64,000 nt of DNA from Antedon mediterranea (lineage: Eukaryota > Animalia > Echinodermata), in assembly GCF_964355755.1 (NCBI RefSeq), contig NC_092676.1, positions 2,919,788 through 2,983,787 on the forward strand, read 5' to 3'. Within the stretch, counting starts at the first letter, position 1, and the number at the start of each line of letters is the position of its first letter. The position numbers and the translations under genes are program-made. Shown piece after piece: positions 24,030-36,499 of this stretch. Below the pieces are notes generated by a model. That model was not told where the DNA came from and ran no database searches. It worked only from the letters and a program-made list of their open reading frames with translations.

Positions 24030-24811
24030 TGTCCTGACATCATACAGTATGTGAATGACATCATACAGTATGTTAATGACATAATACAGTATGTCACTGA
24101 TATCATACAGCATTTCAATGACATCATACAGTATGTCAATGACATCATACAGTATGTCAATGATATCATACAGTATGTTAATGACATACTACAGTATGGT
24201 AATGACATAATACAGTATGTCAATGATAACATACAGTATGTCAATGATATCATACAGTATGTTAATGAGAACATACAGTATGTCACTGATATCATACAGT
24301 ATTTCAATGACATCATACAGTATGTCAATGATATCATACAGTATGTTATTGTTAATGACATACTACAGTATGTTAATGACATAATACAATATGTCAATGA
24401 TAACATACAGTATGTCAATGATATCATACAGTGTCAAATGATATCATACAGTATGTTAATGACATACTACAGTATGGTAATGACATAATACAGTATGTTA
24501 ATGACATACTACAGTATGTCAATGATAGCATACAGTATGTCCTGACATCATACAGTATGTTAATGACATAATACAGTATGTTAATGACATAATACAGTAT
24601 GTCAATGATATCATACAGTATGTCAATGACATCATACAGTATGCCATCATACAGCATGTCAATGATATCATAGAGTATGTCAATGACATCATACAGTATG
24701 TGAATGACATCAAACAGTATGTCAATGACATCATACAGTATGTGAATGACATCAAACAGTATGTCAATGACATCATACAGTATGTCAATGACATACAGTA
24801 TGTCAATGACA
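24030..24811. repeat. Minisatellite, 21-bp unit, ~37 copies
   Basis: Unit CATACAGTATGTCAATGACAT with variants; it produces the DIIQYVN and SLTYCMM ORFs. Confidence 0.95.
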
Positions 24812-26700
24812 TTCTCTGCCATATTTGACAATTCAATTTACCTACTGTACATACCTGCGATGGGTTACTGGGGTCAAGTGTCAAGTTTTACCTTATTGTA
24901 GTAATCAATTGTTTTACAATCATTAGTAATTAATCATGCCACCAGCTGTTTGATCAGCTGATATACATTGTGCCATTCCAATCTATGTGAAAGATCACTA
25001 TAGATATATAGTGTTCAGCTGTTAAAACTTAAAATCATTGCTTTCCTCAACTGTAATTTAATGTGAGAATATTATAGGATAGTGCGTCTGCAAATTCTGC
25101 ATATTAACAATTTGATTAGATTTCCCAAAATTTATGGACCCAATTTATTTGTTTAGTTGGCTTATCAGTTAAAACGTATCGTTCTTGTAGTATTTGAGTC
25201 TATCTGTAGTTTAATGTTCAATTTTCCCAAGTCAATGCTACCATTTGCAGCTAAATTAACTGAAAATTTGAATTAATTTAATTTTAATTTTATTGAGTTG
25301 ACAATCAATAACTACTGTATAATCACTAAGTGAACACTATATTACTAAATAAAAGCTTCTCAAAAAATGATTATATTAATTTTTTCTGTATATAATATTC
25401 TGAATATTTTATATTTTTGTCTATTTGTCAACTTCAGCTTACGTGATGCAGTAAAGAATTTATTATGCTTACTTTCTAATGACTTTCTTGATATTTTTAC
25501 AAGTCAAGTTTAGTAATTATAAAGAGTGATTTTGTAATATCTCAGACATAAACAGACAAACAATTTTTTTCTCGTCTGATGATGTAAAAAAAAAATTCTT
25601 CAGCAATGAACATGGCAAGTAATCTGTCATAAACATTACAAATTATTGCAAACAACTTCCAGTAATGCATCTCACAACTTCCCTTGTTAATGGTCATATT
25701 AACCGTGTAAGTCATAGGTCACCGATTCTTAATATGAAACGATTGGTACCGACAGACACAGATTACAAGGTACTTTTATTTTAATTCGTCTTCTACAATT
25801 CAGACATAACATAAACGAATGCAAAACAGAGCAAGTAATATTAAATCACCTGAAAAAATATAACAAATATGAGTTTTTAATATTTTAAAACACTTTGAAG
25901 ATCTTCTGGTAGATCAGCAGTTTGAGTCAAAATTAATTGTGTTATTAATAAGTTATGATTTAACCGGTACGAATGCGAAACAAGATGAAGGTAATGTCAT
26001 GAATGACATGCGTAACACATGTTGCATGTTTAGCATAGTATTATTACTATACTATAGATTAAGAATAGTTCTAAATTAGGTGGCTTTAACTAGGTGTGTG
26101 GTAAGTTTCATTGAGACTGAGACCGATTGAGTTATTAGTAAAAAAAAGCGCCAAAATATTAATAAATGTTAATGTATTTATCAGGTGTGGATTTAGGCCG
26201 GGGCTAAACATGCTTCAGCTCCCCTAACATTTAACAGCCATGACTGAAATAAAATAACTATTTTTATTTCTCTACAAACCGACAGATCATTTATTAAATA
26301 CTTAGCCTCCCCCCTCTCCCCCTAATCTATAAGTTATAACTAGCATCTTTGACTATTTCTATTCTGCTTTGCATTGCATTTAAAGCACTTTTGCCTACAT
26401 GACTGGTTCAAGTTTACAACCTATCATTTAGAAATCAATTTAGGATTTTTATTAGACATTAAATCACTTTTAAGGAGAGATTGTTACTGTAGTTTCATAA
26501 CAGCCCTTAATTAAGGAAAATTTATTCATATCTATAATATTCACAACTTTCATTATTATTTTGTAGATTTTAATCTGTGTAGTAGGTGAATCAGCCAGGG
26601 ACCTCTCTAAATGCTTCCGCAAATCAGAGGCCTGTTTGAACGATTACCTACAGTACATCCTATTATACCATCAGGTTGATTTATTGAGTCTCTACATTAA

Positions 26701-27326
26701 AGCCCCATTCCCTACGTTTTTTAGATCTAATTTAAGATCACAAACTATATTTAATGTAAAAATAATACTATATGGTCCTATTGCGATAACTTTTTTCGTC
26801 TTTAAACGGTTAAAAATGTGAAAAATAAGTCGATTCTAATAATTATAGCGGCCCGCTATAAATCCCAAAATGCATTGCGCGCGGATTGATATTTTTGTTT
26901 TTCACCTGTAATTCGCCCACTTTTCGATCGATCGTGAGGCCAAAACAAATGGAAGACTCCTAACTTTTCAGCGAAAATACCGGGTTTTCCCCAATTTGTA
27001 TCAACGGAGTCTGGCAAAAATAGAAAGACAATTAATGCAGCAACTATACAACGTCAGGCTAGGTATATAGCTCGCGTACGATGTTCGTACGTTACCGATG
27101 TTTACCAGCTAGGCCTACAAAACTAAGCCTAGCTAGGCTAGGCCTAAGACCGTCCACGAGAGGTCGATCGCCGCGAGCTACTTAGGTAGTGCATTGTTTC
27201 TCACTTTTTATCATAATTTACCATAAAACGTACATTTAAGACAAGAAACGACATGGTTTATTGTTTTTAAAGTGATATATATGTATTATTTTCCAAAAAA
27301 CGTCCAAAATTGCAGGGAAGGGGTCT
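26701..27326. mobile_element. Kolobok-like non-autonomous DNA transposon
   Basis: TTAA on both flanks (26697-26700, 27327-27330). Termini AGCCCCATTCCCTAC versus reverse complement AGACCCCTTCCCTGC (RR...YY ends). Confidence 0.65.
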
Positions 27327-27362
27327 TTAAAGTCTTGTTTATCTACATTGAATTCTTCTTTC

Positions 27363-27663
27363 CAGTGGTGTAACATCTACGAGCGCTCACTGGTTAAACC
27401 CAGGGTCCCAGAGCTTAAGAGGTCCAGGGCTTAAGGTTCACAGAGCTTAGGGGTGCCAGAGCTTAAGGGGCCCATGGCTTAAGGGGCCCATGACTTAAGG
27501 GGCCCATGACTTAAGGGCCCCAGGGCTTAAAGGGCCCCAGAGCTTAAGGGATCCCAGAGCTTAGAGACCCCAGAGCATGAGCAACCCCAATCTAACTATC
27601 AATGTTGGAGGGCCTCTTAGGAGTGCTAAACCAGGGGAATTTGCCTGCTGTGTTACACCACTG
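27363..27663. mobile_element. hAT-like MITE with an internal ~18-bp tandem expansion
   Basis: Perfect 12-bp TIR CAGTGGTGTAAC. 8-bp TSD CTTCTTTC/CTTGTTTC (7/8). Internal CAGAGCTTAAGGGGCCC repeats at 27400-27577. Confidence 0.75.
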
Positions 27664-28434
27664 CTTGTTTCTAAATCACCCAAAATGCATTTCAATTTAG
27701 GGCCTACCATTAAAAGCTCAGTGGTCTAATGGTAGGATGTTAGCATATCAAACAGAAGATACTGAGTTCAAATCTCTTACCAGACAGCTAACTGCAGTAG
27801 AATAGTTTTAACATGTTCCCTTCAATACCTGTAAATATTCTTGTTTATAATTGAATTGTGGATTACCAATTTGTTTGTATTAAAACGCTGTCATACTGAG
27901 AACTCATAAACTATACAGTTATTAAAATTTTATACGTGCTTTATACACATACTTTAGGATTAGTAAAACTAACTTTAACAGACCACAAAAGAAGTACATT
28001 AGAAAACGCCACTCAAGGGGATAAAAGATATTGTTTGATGTCTAAGTTGGAGATTCAGAACTGGGATGTGGAAGGCGTATTTAGAGATTAGAAGCATTAT
28101 AACACAGGAAGGAAATATAGAGAAGCAGGCTGTTACGTTTATACAATTTAATAAAATCTGAATTGGGTCATGAGACTATATAGACTTATAAATATAAATG
28201 CAAGTAGTGGTTTAATAGTCATCTATGATTGGTATACCTAATAATGATATATTGACTTTTAAACAAACCTGAATGGTTGATTTTGTATGGTTTTTCCATC
28301 ATTAATGTAATATTCAATGGTAGTAATTAATGGCCAATTTGCTCTGCTCAGCATCTGAAATTGCTAAAATAAAAGGATATAAAGGTAAATGGAAAACATA
28401 CAATTTATAAAACTGTTTAACTTTAATTCATTTA

Positions 28435-29147
28435 GTCTAGCCTTTGGAGCACAACATTGCTACTGTAAGACCTGAGCATTATGATATGATTATAGTTGCT
28501 TGAATCTAGCCTTTAGGGCACAACATTGCTGCAACCTGAGCATTATGATATGATTATAGTTGCTTGAATCTAGCCTTTAGGGCACAACATTGCTCCGACC
28601 TGAGCATTATGATATGATTATAGTTGCTTGAATCTAGCCTTTGGAGCACAACATTGCTGCTACCTGAGCATTATGATATGATTATAGTTGCTTGAATCTA
28701 GCCTTTAGGGCACAACATTGCTGAGACCTGAGCATTATGATATGATTATAGTTGCTTGAATCTAGCCTTTAGGGCACAACATTGCTGCAACATGAGCATT
28801 ATGATATGATTATAGTTGCTTGAATCTAGCCTTTAGGGCACAACATTGCTGAGACCTGAGCATTATGATATGATTATACTGTAGTTGCTTGAATCTAGCC
28901 TTTAGGGCACAACATTGCTGAGACCTGAGCATTATGATATGATTATAGTTGCTTGAATCTAGCCTTTAGGGCACAACATTGCTGCAACCTGAGCATTATG
29001 ATATGATTATAGTTGCTTGAATCTAGCCTTTAGGGCACAACATTGCTGCGACCTGAGCATTATGATATGATTATAGTTGCATGAATCTAGCTTTTAGGGC
29101 ACAACATTGTTGAGACCTGAGCATTATGATATGATTATAATTGCTTG
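28435..29147. repeat. Tandem repeat, ~64-bp unit, ~11 copies
   Basis: Unit TCTAGCCTTTAGGGCACAACATTGCTGAGACCTGAGCATTATGATATGATTATAGTTGCTTGAA. Confidence 0.95.
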
Positions 29148-29231
29148 TGGTTGAAATGTCTGAACATTTACTGCTATTAATCATATTCTACCTTAAGTTG
29201 CAAGTTAGGTTTGAGCTATACAAAACACTTA

Positions 29232-29390
29232 AGCTCTGTCTACACTATCAAACTAGTTTGACAAAAAGTGTGATGTGCCCAAATATGGTAGTGATATGCC
29301 CAAATATGGTAGTGATATGACATCATCATGTCCATATATGGGCACATCACATTTTTTTGTCACATAAAGTTTGATAGTGTAGACAGGGCT
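29232..29390. mobile_element. MITE family A, full-length reference copy (159 bp), PIF/Harbinger-Tourist-like
   Basis: TIR AGCTCTGTCTACACTATCAAACT; TTA TSD at 29229-29231 and 29391-29393. Confidence 0.85.
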
Positions 29391-30659
29391 TTACACTGTC
29401 AAGGTTACACGCAACTGCAGACAAATATGTATCTAATGGATGAATGAGAAGATATTTAAATAGAATATAAAATATGTAAAATCATATCAATCAAGAAGGA
29501 GTTATTATAGTTCTATCCATGTAGATATTAAAAATGCATCTACAACTTCTAAATTTAAATTAATATACAAGAACTATTTACTTTCAAGATATATGATGAA
29601 CGTTAAATACTGTATATATATTTCATAAGACCAGTTAAGATTGGATAATATGGTTTAAATAGAAATTGTAGCTTTGTTTTCTTTTATTTATTATTAGTTT
29701 ATATATATTTTTTGTTCTTTTTCGTATATAATTTTATATCTTGGGGTGGGTCAAACTTAAAGTCATTATGACTTATATGACTCTCTCCCCCCCCCCCCCC
29801 CACATAATCACTTCATTGTATTTATGTATGTATTATATTATATTGTGGAAATAAATTGAAATTGAAATATAATAACTCCTTGTAGTATTAAACAAGTGAG
29901 ATTATTTTTCAATATGTACAAAAGAAATGTTGTAAAATAACAATTAAGGAAAAGGTATGGCTTCAACACTCATCAGAAGTACAACAGGAATTTCCATAAA
30001 ACATTTCTGGAAAAACTCACTCACTCACATAAAAAATTACTGTTATTTTTTTGCTTTTTTTAGTGTTTATCCTTAAAATTCAGGAAAGTAATGTAGCCTA
30101 TCGTGTGTGGCCCCTCTACATAAGTGTGCCAAATGTGAGCACCTACTGTTTACCGCCTGTGGAGAAGATGCATAAAATTACGCGAAAAATTGTGTAGATA
30201 TTTATTTGGTAACCAACGAATAATAGTGAGAATAGGCTAATTAAAGCCCACATTCCAAAACAATATACTAAATAATATACATATCGTGAAATAAAGTTTT
30301 TAATAACAATGTAAGGATTAACAGAAATTCTGATAGTTAAACAATAGTGTTTGGACCTTAAGGGTCTTTAATTAGAGGTCACTTGAATGGAATTTAATTT
30401 TAAATTATAATTAATTATTTGGTACAAAATTAAAATACTGAAAACAGTAAAAAAAAATGCAATAAGGTAAATTTTAACAAATTTAAATAAATGTGAGTAG
30501 CCTACAGCAGCATGAATATGACAGGAAATTCAGCCTCGTGTCCCAGGAGGGGAAATAAAGTACCTCTGCACTTTATATAAAGGTCAGAGGTCTGTTTTTA
30601 AAAGTTTTGATTTTAATGTTCTATAAGCTATATAGTATAATTGGCAGATTTTTGTCTGA

Positions 30660-31372
30660 CTTAAACAAATTGTATATATATATATATATATGATAAAAAA
30701 AATTGTATATACATATATATATAATAATAAAACAAATTGTATATACATATATAATAAAATTGTATATAATAATAATAATAATAATAATAAATAACATTTA
30801 TAAAGCGCAAGAGACAAAGGTTTCAAAGCGCTGAGTTTTCCAAGATCTGTGCAAGTAATAGCGTGTGATTATGCTTCTCTGAAGAGATGAGTTTTGAGTT
30901 TAGTTTTAAATGTGATTACAAATTTTGATGAGCGTATTTCGAGGGGTAGAGTGTTCCAGAGTTTTGGGGCTGCGACAGCGAAAGCACGATCACCGTAAAA
31001 CCGAGTTCTGGAACGGGGTCCAGGTTTTAGAAGAAGTCTGCTGGATGAACGAAGCGTAGAGTTGGTTGACGGAGTAATGATGTCACATATGTAGGCTGGA
31101 GCACATCCGTTGACGGCCTTACATGTATATGTCAGCAACAGGATTTTAAAACGAATGTGCTGATCTACAGGCAACCAGTGTAAGTCACGTAAAACGGGAG
31201 AAATATGTTCATGTCGTTTAGTGCCAGTGATAAGTCTTGCGGCGGAATTTTGGATTCGTTGAAGAGGAGACAGATAAGAAGTTGGTAGGCCGTACAGAAG
31301 CGAGTTATGACAGTCCAGACGAGATGAAACAAAAGCATGAACAAGACGTATATATATATATAATAATAAAAC

Positions 31373-31407
<35 letters not shown>

Positions 31408-31737
31408 ATAAACAAATTGTATATACATATATAATAAAATTGTATATACATATATATATATAATAATAAAACAAATTGTATATACATAATAAAAATGGTA
31501 TATACATATATAATAAAAATGGTATATACATATATATATAATAAAAATTGTATATACATATATATATATATATAATAAAAAATTGTATATACATATATAA
31601 TAAAAAAAATTGTATATACATATATATAATAATAATAAAACAAATTGTATATACATATATATATATAATAATAAAACAAATTGTATATACATATATATTA
31701 AAATTGTATATACATTTTATATATATAATAAAAATTG

Positions 31738-31769
<32 letters not shown>

Positions 31770-32220
31770 ATAAAAAAAATTGTATATACATATATAATAA
31801 AATTGTATATACATATATATATATATATAATAATAAAACAAATTGTATATACATAATATATATAATAATAAAACAAATTGTATATACATATATATTAAAA
31901 TTGTATATACATTTTATATATATAATAAAAATTGTATATACATATATAATAAAATTGTATATACATATATATATATATATATAATAATAAAACAAATTGT
32001 ATATACATAATATATATAATAATAAAACAAATTGTATATACATATATATTAAAATTGTATATACATATATATATATAATAAAAATTGTATATACATATAT
32101 TTCAAATTAATTAATTAAATTTCAGTATATTACCGGGCGGTTTAGAATTAATGTTCTATGCCTGATTTGTTTATATAAATATATATATATATAATACAAA
32201 ATTGTATATACATATATTTA
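30660..32220. repeat. AT-rich compound minisatellite (AATTGTATATACAT(AT)nAATAATAAAAC) interrupted by an L2 fragment
   Basis: Same unit at 30660-30770 and 31350-32220. It is the source of the many low-complexity Y/I ORFs. Confidence 0.9.
30768..31348 (-). mobile_element. 5'-truncated L2-clade LINE (3' end of ORF2 plus (TTA)n tail)
   Basis: QNSAARLITG..HISPVLRDLHWLPVDQHIRFKILLL...GDRAFAVAAPKLWNTLP...FKTKLKTHLF, then GCGCTTTATAAATG and a (TTA)n tail. Frame disrupted. Confidence 0.85.
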
Positions 32221-32554
32221 TAATTTGTAATTATTGTTTATGTTTTATTATGTACAGTACTGTTGTTATTTCAACAAAATACTGCATTGCATTACTTTTA
32301 TTTTGTGTATAATGTAACCTATACAATCTGCCATTTCATATTCTAAAGGTTGAATGTGTATGTTTACATTTTATGCCCTACTTGTGAAATGGTAAATGTT
32401 ATATTTTGCATTAAATTCAAACATTAATTTTGTATGTAATGACGCCACATGTTTGCCAAATTGCAGTATGTTGTTGTGATGCTATTTTTGTCTAAAAGTG
32501 TTACATTGTTTATAGTTTGTTTTTTATATTACAGTTTGATTGCTGTAGGATTTA

Positions 32555-32805
32555 TAATATGCAAATTACAATGCTAATTAGGTATGCAAATTAAGACTGT
32601 ATGCAAATTATAAGAGTATGCAAATTATAAGAATATGCAAACTATAATAATAATAATAAATAACATTTATAAAGCGCAAGAGACAAAGGTTTCAAACTAT
32701 GAGAGTATGCAAATTAAGAATTTATGTGAATTATGAGAATATGCAAATTTATAAGAGTAGGCAAATTATAACTGTATGCAAATTATGAGAGTATGCATAT
32801 TAAGA
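32555..32805 (+). repeat. ~17-bp tandem repeat containing ATGCAAAT
   Basis: Unit approximately GAGTATGCAAATTATAA; seven perfect ATGCAAAT copies. Confidence 0.8.
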
Positions 32806-33362
32806 CATAAAAGATATATTTATTCATCAAATAGTTAGAAATTCGGAGAAGTGATTCTCTTTGACATTTGAATTTACAGTAAAACACTAAAAAATACAGA
32901 GCTCTCAAACAAAACAATTATGGTACATAGTAGTAGGTAGTAAAAGATGGAATTGAAAGAAATTTAAACTAATAAAATTACCGGAGTACAACCTGTTGAT
33001 TTTTTTGTTTCCAATTTGACATTTCTTTCTGGCTGGTTTGGGAAATTATTCTACTGCAGTAACTACATTTTACTGCAGTAACGTATTTAAAAGCTTATGA
33101 GCCAGTCACTGTAATAAACTATAAACAGTGTGTATGTGATTATAAGCTTACTAAATATTGTGCATATACAGGTTTAAGGATAAAAAATTACTGCAATGAG
33201 TAGATTTGTTACTGCAGTAACGTGTAATTGTGTTAAATCTGTTTATATAAAACGAGTGTGAACTAAACTGAAAGTATTTCTTTAACTTGAATTAGTTTCA
33301 ATTATCGTTGTGTTCATGTTTAATTTTGTTTTGTGTATAATTATATAATACTGTACTTCTTA

Positions 33363-33661
33363 AGATGTGCCCAAATATGGTAGTGATATGCCCAAATATG
33401 GTAGTGATATGCCCAAATATGGTAGTGATATGCCCAAATATGGTAGTGATATACCCAAATATGGTAGTGATATGCCCAAATATGGTAGTGATATGCCCAA
33501 ATATGGTAGTGATATGCCCAAATATGGTAGTGATATACCCAAATATGGTAGTGATATGCCCAAATATGGTAGTGATATGCCCAAATATGGTAGTGATATG
33601 CCCAAATATGGTAGTGATATCACATTTTTTGTCACATAAATTTAATAGTGTAGACAGAGCT
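33363..33661. repeat. MITE family A copy whose internal 21-bp motif has expanded to ~12 tandem copies
   Basis: (ATGCCCAAATATGGTAGTGAT)x12 followed by the family A right TIR ATAGTGTAGACAGAGCT. Confidence 0.9.
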
Positions 33662-36173
33662 TCAGAAAATAATTCATTATTTCTTAAGTGGTTTTGGGTT
33701 TGTTTAAAAAAATCTGTGTGTCTGGTTACCGTTTTTATGACGATCTCTAAATTAAAGGAAAAAAGCAGAAAAAATTAAAAACATTACGAATGTCAACAGC
33801 AGCTAATGTCTTTACGAGAAAGAAAGGTTATTTCAGAAGAAGAATGTAATAATGTTACAAATTTAGAATGACATTTCACATTAAGTAGCCACTTTGCTCG
33901 GAGGTATTTCACTTTACACTTTACATTTAATGTATATTCAATTCAAATAGCTTCGGCTTTGTTTATTTTTGCTGAACTAACTCACTAAATAAATAAAAGT
34001 TATTGTTATTAGGTTTATCATCATATATATAAAATGTTAAAAATACCGACAAGTCCTACCTGCATGTGAGGAAGTGAAGTAATGTTCGTCGGAAATTATA
34101 ATTTTTGTGGATGTACAGTAGGCTGATCGAAAATAATTAATGGTTTATCAATTACTGGATTGAATTGAGTATGCAGGTAGTCAGTAGTAATATCAGAAGG
34201 GATAAAGAACCTTCCCCCACTGCTTCTCATTGCTTCAAAAATATTAATTTAGTTTCAAATGTCTTAACATGTAATAATAGGACAAACACAGATTATTTAA
34301 TAATAATATTAATTTTTGATATCTACTTTTGACAGACTATAATATTACAGTCTGTCAAAAATAGATATCAAAATGTATTTCATAAATTAATTTTAGCTTT
34401 CCAAAAGGTGGGAGGGGTGGGGATTTGTCTCTGTAACACCAATGGAAAGAGTGTAGTGATTGGGCAATCAAAGGTGTTTGAAAGTGAAATTGTTATGCAT
34501 CTTTTAAAATTCAATCTTTAGGCCTCCAATGTTTTTTTTTTGTAACCTCCCCAGAATATACTATATACAATTGAAGTCACAATAAGTTGTAAGTAGGGCA
34601 GATTTTAAGTTGATTTAGTTGTCTGGTTTGGTTAAGTGTATAAACCTAGGATCAGTGTTTCTTAAAGGCAGGAAGTTTTCTAAAACTCTGGCGTGTTGAA
34701 AGCTAAAATTCCCTGTTGTCTCTTTAATTTACGTTTGCCGAAATTTTGTTGGTCGTGGGAAATCTTGGGGCTTCCTACGGTAAAACCGAGTTGAGTTGCG
34801 TTGGTACGATAAATTTTATGCTGAATAACTGTAGTAGTGTCGACATGAAATTGTTTAAATTATGTAGTTTTTTACTATGTTGACATTATAATTGACAATG
34901 GAGGTGGCAATTTTACAGCTCCTCCATGGTTGAATATGTAATTGGGTAAAGTGTTTCGGTCTTATATAATTATAGGCTTACTACTGACCAAGGGTCATAT
35001 AGTGGGTCATTCAATTGAGAAGTGCATAATTATTGCACATATTCTCTTTCCTCACTAAGTTTACTGGGTATTGGAGCAGAAATACAGATTTTGTTGGTTT
35101 TGATATTACAATAACTCTCTCTCTTACATAAAATGCTTTTTTTAAATATTTTTCAGATTTGCAGAATACTAAATACCTCTACCAAGAGTTGTAGAAAGAC
35201 AGTGGTTCAAGTCTATCTCTTCAACCTGCTGAAAATACACAGTATTGTTTCTAAACTTGCTGCATAATGGCCAGTTAAAAAAAACCATGTTAGAGATCGG
35301 GACTAGAGTCAATCAAAACTTATTTTATAATCAGTTATATTGTGATCTTGTGTATAGAGTTAAACAAGTATGTACAAAAATGTGTAAAAACAATGTACAA
35401 AATAGCCTTTGCAACTTAAAATTGAGACTGAGGCACTGTGTATAATCATAGGGAAATGGCTATGAGCGCCACTGGCTAAACCCAGAAGCCCCAGAGCTGT
35501 GCCTGGAGCAAAGCTTACAGTCATTATCAAAATATGTTAAAAAAGGCTCGAAGCTTCCACTTAGGGTTCCTAAACCAGGTGCCTCAGGCCTCTGCGTTAC
35601 ACCACTGTTTGTGCCCCCAATAGTGTGTTATGATTTCATACCCATTTCATTTGTAGATATCTGTAGCCATTTCTATCAAATGCCCATAGAAGATATTGCT
35701 TACAATCATCTTGATTTTCTGTACAAAGATAAATGAACATCTATAAAAAAATAAATCTGCTTTAAGTGTTATTTAATTTATGAAGGCGACTTAAGTTTTG
35801 TGAAGGATACTCAAACATATGTTGAGACTTATTTCTTCATAGGTAATTAAGTAGATTAATTAAATTCATGTCCTCTGTTGCAAGTACATACTTGAATAGG
35901 GATGCGGTTACATGTGTACAACCTCCAAGTGGCTAGGGATAATAGAGTTATACAGGATGTTCCCACGACCAGGGATGTACAGCCTAGTCTTACATAACTA
36001 ATTACTGTACATGAAGATTTAATTAATCTATTTTGTAGCTATCAGTTAAAACAAGACAGTTAAAAAAATACATGTACATTTATAACATTGTAGGAAAAGT
36101 AATAAAATATACTGTATATAAAACAACGTGCTATTTTTTTTATTAGGCAGCATATAACACAGGAGTTCTGTTC

Positions 36174-36335
36174 AGCCTTGTTTACACTATCAAACTTTAT
36201 GTGACATCAAAATGTGATGTGCTCATACATGAACATGATGATATCATATCAGTACCATATGTGGGCATATCACTACCATAATTTGGGCACATCACACTTT
36301 TTTTGTCAAACTAGTTTGATAGTGTAGACAGAGCT
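36174..36335. mobile_element. MITE family A copy abutting a family B copy
   Basis: Family A TIRs, separated from family B by a single TTA (36336-36338). Confidence 0.8.
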
Positions 36336-36338
36336 TTA

Positions 36339-36499
36339 AGCTTGGTTCGTACTCGGATGCAACAAAACGACGTAGGCACAACGCAGATGAGTTGACCAAT
36401 CACAAGCGATAGTTTGGAAGATCCATCACATCATGATTGGTCAAATTACTTGTGGTGTGCAATTACGTCCTTGCTTTGCGTTCAAGTGGAAACCAAGCT
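36339..36499. mobile_element. MITE family B (AGCTTGGTT TIR, CCAAT-containing, quasi-palindromic)
   Basis: AGCTTGGTT...AACCAAGCT with TTA TSD. Other full or partial copies at ~41238-41377, 45910-46039, 46708-46830, 48875-49020, 58741-58850 and 59360-59450. Confidence 0.75.

Noticed and set aside
23894-24884. Long ORFs (DIIQYVN, SLTYCMM repeats)
   Set aside because: By-products of a 21-bp minisatellite that is open in several frames on both strands.
31165-32043. Cluster of Y/I-rich ORFs
   Set aside because: Translations of an AT-rich compound repeat.
33360-33778. ISLPYLG / MPKYGSD / CPNMVVI repeat ORFs
   Set aside because: Translations of the expanded MITE 21-mer.
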